From contig MU053588.1 of the NCBI GenBank assembly GCA_013239625.1, forward strand, positions 1,203,988 to 1,267,987: 64,000 nt of DNA. The letters run 5' to 3'. The position numbers and the translations under genes are program-made. The DNA comes from Lama guanicoe (lineage: Eukaryota). The number at the start of each line of letters is the position of its first letter. Positions within the stretch are counted from its first letter, which is position 1. Below the pieces are notes generated by a model that ran no database searches, was not told the DNA's origin, and saw nothing but the letters and a program-made list of their open reading frames with translations. Shown here piece after piece: positions 63,480 through 64,000 of the stretch.

Positions 63480-64000
63480 CAGGACACTGGCTCCCAGGCT
63501 GGTTCCAGGCCCTTTAACCTCCTGAGTCATAGGGGTGGGGCCATCCCCTCCATCAGAGCCCAGGTGGGGGGTCTTTAGTGAGGAGCCTTCCCTCGTTAAT
63601 ACTAATTGACGGTTTGTGGTGCTGGATAGCAGGGACGCCTCTTTAGTGGTTTCCTCCCCAGGGCGTGAGGCCTTCAACTGTGCCAGGGTAGCAGCTTAAT
63701 GGGCTTGGCCAGCAGCAGGAGGGAAGGAGGACAGAGCTGAAGGAGGACCGGCTGCCGCTGTGGGAGTGCCTAGAAGGAGGTCAGTAGGGGGTGGGTCACT
63801 GCCAGCTTGGACCTGTGTGTCTTCCTCTGGGGGGCCAAGGAGGGCAGGGATGGTGAGGGAGGCATGTTTACCTCTGTGTCTGTATCTCTCTGTCTCTTCA
63901 CTAACAGTTTCTCTGCCTGCCATTGTATCTCTCTTCCCCATCTTGGCCTCATAATCTCTGTCCACCTCTCTTGTCTCCTTTGGTCTTTCTCCTTTTTTTG

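Overview
This is a GC-rich mammalian genomic window, probably from a camelid (inferred from two Vic-1-like tRNA-derived SINEs), syntenic with the human ACTN4-CAPN12 locus. Positions 1-23961 are the distal part of ACTN4 intron 1, with MIR, L2, L1 and hAT relics and two enhancer-like motif clusters. ACTN4 (alpha-actinin-4, + strand) coding exons 2-21 run 23962-50958 and include both mutually exclusive pairs (8a/8b, 19a/19b). Exon 1 lies upstream of the window. CAPN12 (calpain-12) lies tail-to-tail on the - strand (ATG 63479, stop 52581). Main findings: (1) a competing RNA base-pairing arrangement around ACTN4 exons 8a/8b, where one intronic box can pair locally or across exon 8b; (2) CAPN12 is intact in 20 of 21 exons, but exon 12 lacks its last 44 coding nt and its donor, giving a premature stop unless an in-phase cryptic donor is used; (3) distant branch points and long AG-free zones at exons 19a/19b; (4) overlapping ACTN4/CAPN12 3' ends; (5) an MSR1-like minisatellite in CAPN12 intron 1. 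Coordinates were read by hand. Repeat boundaries and family names are approximate, and comparisons to human proteins are from recall, not from a search.
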